The position numbers and the translations under genes are program-made. A stretch of 64,000 nt of DNA from Phoronis australis (lineage: Eukaryota > Animalia > Phoronida): positions 253,072 to 317,071 of the forward strand of contig NMRA01000224.1 of assembly GCA_002633005.1 (NCBI GenBank), written 5' to 3'. Of the stretch, positions 59,290 through 64,000 are shown in pieces. The notes beneath the pieces are model-generated. The model was not told the origin of the DNA and did no database searches. It saw nothing but the letters and a program-made list of their open reading frames with translations. How positions within the stretch are numbered: the first letter of the stretch is position 1; each line of letters starts with the position of its first letter.

Positions 59290-60699
59290 TTAATGAATAC
59301 ACGCGACGTTTTGAGGGACTGTTCACAACTTAGATAAACCTTAACTCAAGAGGTACGTCGGTGACGTAGTAGTGTATTTAATTCCTTGATTAAGACTGTC
59401 AGCTCGATAAAAACACCAGGGCAACGATATTATAGGAATGGTATGACCGGGCGTTTCAGGTGCAGGCTACGGAGTATTGTTGCTCTGCTGTTATTTTAAT
59501 AAAACGAACATTCCTGAGATATAACTATTAAAATAGTTCTATACATAGTTGAGATATAACTATTAAAATAGTTATATCTCGGGAATATCCGTGTTGTAAA
59601 AATCACTGGGCATAGGTTATTGCTGTCATAAAGATAGCGTGTTACGGCAAGTTGTTGCGTAGAACTTTCTGGAATAACTGCTAAACCTGTCTTTAGCGAC
59701 TGAGTTCAGGACAACGTAGCCCTGTTACCATGGCTTATATAACTAAAGGCACGTCGCGCTCAGCAAAACGTAGCTTTACGCTTGACAATGTGAACCCCGG
59801 CGTTTCTTGTTGCACGAACAAATGGTACGGAGAAATGGCCAAGGAGGAAAGATGACATAACTTCGCTTACGATCGTATGATACTATACGACGTGGGTCAC
59901 AGGCACAAAGTACAAATGGACAACTGAAATCTCCATGTTCAAGTATTAATGGCCCCGTTATACACTGTCGCTCATCTTTTTAAAAGAATCTCAAATGCTC
60001 AAGCTATCGTAGATTCGTCCGGAGATCTCAACTGTATTGGGGATAAGTATACCCAGTCTATTTGCCAATCAGGGATGGACCTGCCTTTGCTGATCTGAAT
60101 CTTCCTGCTACTTTGCCTAACATGTCCTCAAGTATTACCGAACTGCCAGTTCTATACAAGCCAAGAAAGGTGGGACCGTATCAATTTCGTTCAGCTTGCA
60201 TCTTTGGCAAAATCATTGACGGGAGACGTAACGGCACTGAACCGGCGAGGAGCGTCAACACCAAGGGACCCTGGTGGTACGAGAAATGGAATCTTCATGC
60301 ATTGAACTATTCCAGTAGTATAATTCATTGGTTCATGGAATCGAATCAACTTTTGAGTCAACAGCTGAAGAATTCTTTTACGACGAATCTGTGAAATTTA
60401 ACATCCCTTGACAAAAAACACGTCAATCCCAAAGATAAGAATTGATGAAATTCTTCTATGAAGAGTATTAAAAACTGTTGAGCAACCTATCAGAGATTTT
60501 TATTCCTCAGTGGATGGCGCGCGCTACACTACTTGTATTGCAAAATGGTGGCGACGATGTTGCTCGGCACTCAGTCGTGAGATGACAACATAATGTGTGG
60601 AAAAAGTTTTAAAATAAAAATTGGTCAGAAAAAGACTGAACAGGTTTTGTGAAAGCCGTACACAACACGTATTCATCCAATACTATTTGCTACACTTAC

Positions 60700-60810
60700 C
60701 TTAAGCGAAATAACCCCTCAATGTACAGAATCTATTTGATAAACGCAAGTGATAAGTGATAAACATAGTTTTAACGCATGCGTGATTAATTATCAGAAAG
60801 TTATCTTCTT
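60700..60810 (-). promoter_or_regulatory. Candidate non-coding first exon and promoter of the CEMIP-like gene, with GATA cluster
   Basis: Perfect AAG|GTAAGT donor at 60700/60699; five WGATAR motifs at 60737-60806; the ATG exon has a splice acceptor, so an upstream exon is expected. Confidence 0.35.
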
Positions 60811-63124
60811 GGACCCAGGTTTGTTCTTGAACCTTTGGGCCAAGCTGAATTTGGCCTTGCTAACCTCTTTCGCTCACCGCGAATTTTACTCCCTACGGGT
60901 GTGTACCCTAATTAAGCACGTGTGTTAGAAAATGCAAATAGTCGAGAAACATTTTGATGCGTGAATCTGTCGTGGGTACCTTGTAAGAGCGTATTGGCGT
61001 ATGCCCCTTTGTAGAAAACTGCGCCTATATCCAGAATTGGGGGCATGCGCCTACATGTGAGCCATGCTTGAAAACGATTTTAATGAGCGCACCAACCATT
61101 ATTGTAAAATTATGCTCTGTTACTTGACTCAAGTAATGCAGTGAAGAATTTCGCGACTAATATGCGCTCCCAGTAGACGTAATGTAACAGAGATTGATTT
61201 TTCAGATAAAGCTGTAGGGGCTTTTAATGAAAAAGTTAATTAAATTGTTTACGTTAGCCAAAAATTTTATTCAATTTCCACCCAAATATTTGACATTAAG
61301 TAAGATTATTCAGGTCTGGATCATTAATGATATAACAGTTTTGTACATTCTTAAAAATATGAAAATATTAAAATGAAATTTACAACTGATTGTCACGTGA
61401 CTTACATAACATTTCAAGCTGAATGCCGCCCTGTTTAGCTACTTAACACATAAAAATCCTTTCATTCTCACGAAGCTAGTCTCGCGTTATTACGTCAGGA
61501 TTCTGTTTCCGTTACCAACATGAACATCGAAACCATTAACGACGCATATACAGATTGCCAGGTAATGGAGTTGCTGGCTCATTAGGCGGGAATTCTAAAT
61601 TGGATGAGCGTGGTAATGTTTTTAAAACACAAAAGGCTCCACGTTGGAAATCAATGCTGGCGGCTAAAGGCGGCAAAATGCAGCGTTCACAGTGAACTAC
61701 AAATGAGCTCAGCAGAACGCCTTATTTAAATATGAAAATGCGCTCAGTCGTGTAAAAATGCCTCGCACAGGAAAGATTAAAAGATTTTCTCAAGAAAAAA
61801 CTCAAGCCTGTATCAGGAGGAAGGCATGCACGAAGGACACATAACTGCGCTTAAACGCAAATGCGCCAAAATGCAAAACATAGATGCGCATTTGGGCCTA
61901 AATACGGACATATACGGTATTCAAATTGGCCGGTCCTTGGTATGTGAAATGAAAAGTACTAATCTGAGATAGGGAGCTGTGGGTAGGGGAGAGCTGGCGG
62001 GAATGAGTTACGGAAAGCGAGAGAGTGAGAAACAGATGGATGTTCATGCTGGTAACGCTAATTTTGTAGGATCAAAAGCCTACACAATAGTATAAAATTC
62101 TTCTACAATTGAGTAGTCTAAATCAGTTTATTTCTTGCCAGACTGAGCCCGGGATACGAGAACAGGGCTTCTGGACTTAGCGCTCAGAAGGATGACTTTT
62201 TCACGACCAGTTGCCCTCAATAAAGGGTGCCTTGTCCGACAAAATTCCCGCGAAGAGGGTTAATTTTGGGAATTCGAAATTATACACTCGGCTTCTCAGC
62301 CTCGATCGCTGATCTTGTTCACTTTACAAAAAATTAAGGTCACAAAATTTCATGTCCCGCGGTGACAGAAATCGTTTTAGTAAAGCCACCCTGAACATCG
62401 CCCCCTCTTTGAGTTTACTTAAATGGGTGGGCATCCTAGTTGTGTAGCAGCACTCCAGTCAAGAAATTTAGTTGAATATCGGTCAGGCAGAAGGCTAGAG
62501 TTCACTGCACTTTAGCTACCGTTTATCGTAACCTATGCCCTGCCGTACTCAGGCTAAAAATTATTTCACAAACGTGAGTTAATAGTTCATTATTGCTGCA
62601 GACAATGATCGTTGCTTGTCACGGAGGGTTAAATTCAGCAACGTTTTACCCGTATGCACAAACACTTTACAGAGGGATTCCATACATTTTGTTGTAACCA
62701 AATTCAATTCAACCAAGTGATAAGAATCCAATGACCCTACTTGGGAAGAGCAAATGCCCGCGAAGATGTTTGTAATTCGACACCAGAAAGCGGTTTACAG
62801 CGGTTTGAACGAATGAAATGCCAGCTGCCATGGCAAAGGCAGTCAATCGTGGGGCGTCAGTCCGCCAGATAGCGCTCTTGTACTAGAAGCACCCTCTTTC
62901 ATGACGGCCATTGTTATTGCTCCATAAGATTGTACTCTCACAATAAGCAAGTGTTTTGTTTGTTAAGTAGTTAGTTGACCTCTTCAACTTACTGGTGGGG
63001 CACTAATATGACAGAATGTGACCATCATACCATTCAGTTCACTAAATCAGACTCTGAAATTGCCAGTCACAGGTGATGAAATCCCACACAAAAGCTTATA
63101 ACACAACAAGTCGTGTGTAACAGT

Positions 63125-64000
63125 TTTATTAGAAATAAATAACAGCAATAAAGTATACAAAAGCCGTCAGTGAAACCTCGCCTGCACACAGCATACATAC
63201 AGCAGACACAATAATACGGCCCGACTATAGAGACAAAGAATCACACCGTAATTATTAGTACAAGTGGAAAGATGAATGACTGTTGGAATTTAAAAACAGT
63301 AAAACCCCTAAAAATGACATAAGTAATGATAAAAGTATATCACAAACAGGTATGATCCCAATTAGAAAACCTTTAGTCAATCAATCATACCTAAATTCTA
63401 GCCATCAAAATCCAAGAGATATCACACGGTTTTACTGGAGTTCTGAACTAATTGCCGTATATTCAGAAGTGAAAATTTGCACCTGTTTTCATTTTCACTG
63501 AATGCACTGGTTCCCAACTGGCAGTGTGATGCAGAGGAATGAGAAAAAATTGCTCACAAACTCCTCCCCATCACCAGTCTCCCCATCAACAAAAACTTCA
63601 GCTGTGTGTTTTGCCCAGTAACTCAACCAGTAGGCCACAAACCAGCACTAACAGAAGTGGGGTAACATCCCCACAACACTTTGTATCACTCTTGCAAGAG
63701 TCCATGCTAGTCTATTTCGTCACCATGACGCCCACACCCAGCATGCATTATTATGCTTACATATCAACCCACACCACCATTACCCCAACACAAGACTGAG
63801 GCGATGTATTCCCCCAGACATTAACATTTATACAGCATTCCAAAGAAAACCCATCAGTACACTGAATGGAATTAAACAAAACGCTGTTCTAAAGCCCAGC
63901 TTCAAAATCCTGCTAATAGAATCCTACTCAACGTGGAATGAGCTCCAAACACAAAAATAAACAAGACTCAAGTCACAATGTTTTTCCCAACGACCACCCC
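63125..64000 (-). other. Probable 3' UTR end of a neighbouring minus-strand gene lying outside the window
   Basis: Minus-strand AATAAA at 63130-63125 followed by a GT-rich tract; CpG-poor, minus-strand T/G-rich composition. Confidence 0.35.

Noticed and set aside
59516-59582. 14-bp-stem hairpin with partial tandem copy as an ncRNA or Helitron end
   Set aside because: AT-rich local duplication with no supporting termini or family signature
1-64000. Most ORFs in the supplied six-frame track taken as standalone genes
   Set aside because: The DNA is eukaryotic and spliced; these ORFs are exon read-throughs, antisense frames or TE debris

Overview
Animal (probably a heterozygous marine invertebrate) genomic DNA containing two convergent, intron-rich genes that could be spliced by hand. 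(1) Plus strand, 1429-31228: an SSUH2-family gene of about 455 aa, with a Pro/Gly/Tyr-rich N-terminus, a PPSY motif, six CxxCxGxG-type zinc knuckles carrying an unusual 17-His loop, and a C-terminal CCCGCTIL CaaX box. Its large intron holds a Kolobok > Academ > Academ nest, a Kolobok KolX remnant and MITEs; a later intron holds a Penelope GIY-YIG fragment. Two of its exons appear twice across single-N contig joins, so they may be haplotype artefacts. (2) Minus strand, 57941-36900: an intact 21-coding-exon gene of about 1155 aa, built as signal peptide + CBM39 (betaGRP/GNBP beta-1,3-glucan-binding domain) + WSC + Thr-rich linker + G8 + CEMIP/TMEM2-type beta-helix, lacking both GG domains. This is the best novelty candidate: a hyaluronidase-family scaffold apparently retargeted to beta-glucan. 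All family assignments come from remembered motifs; no searches were run.
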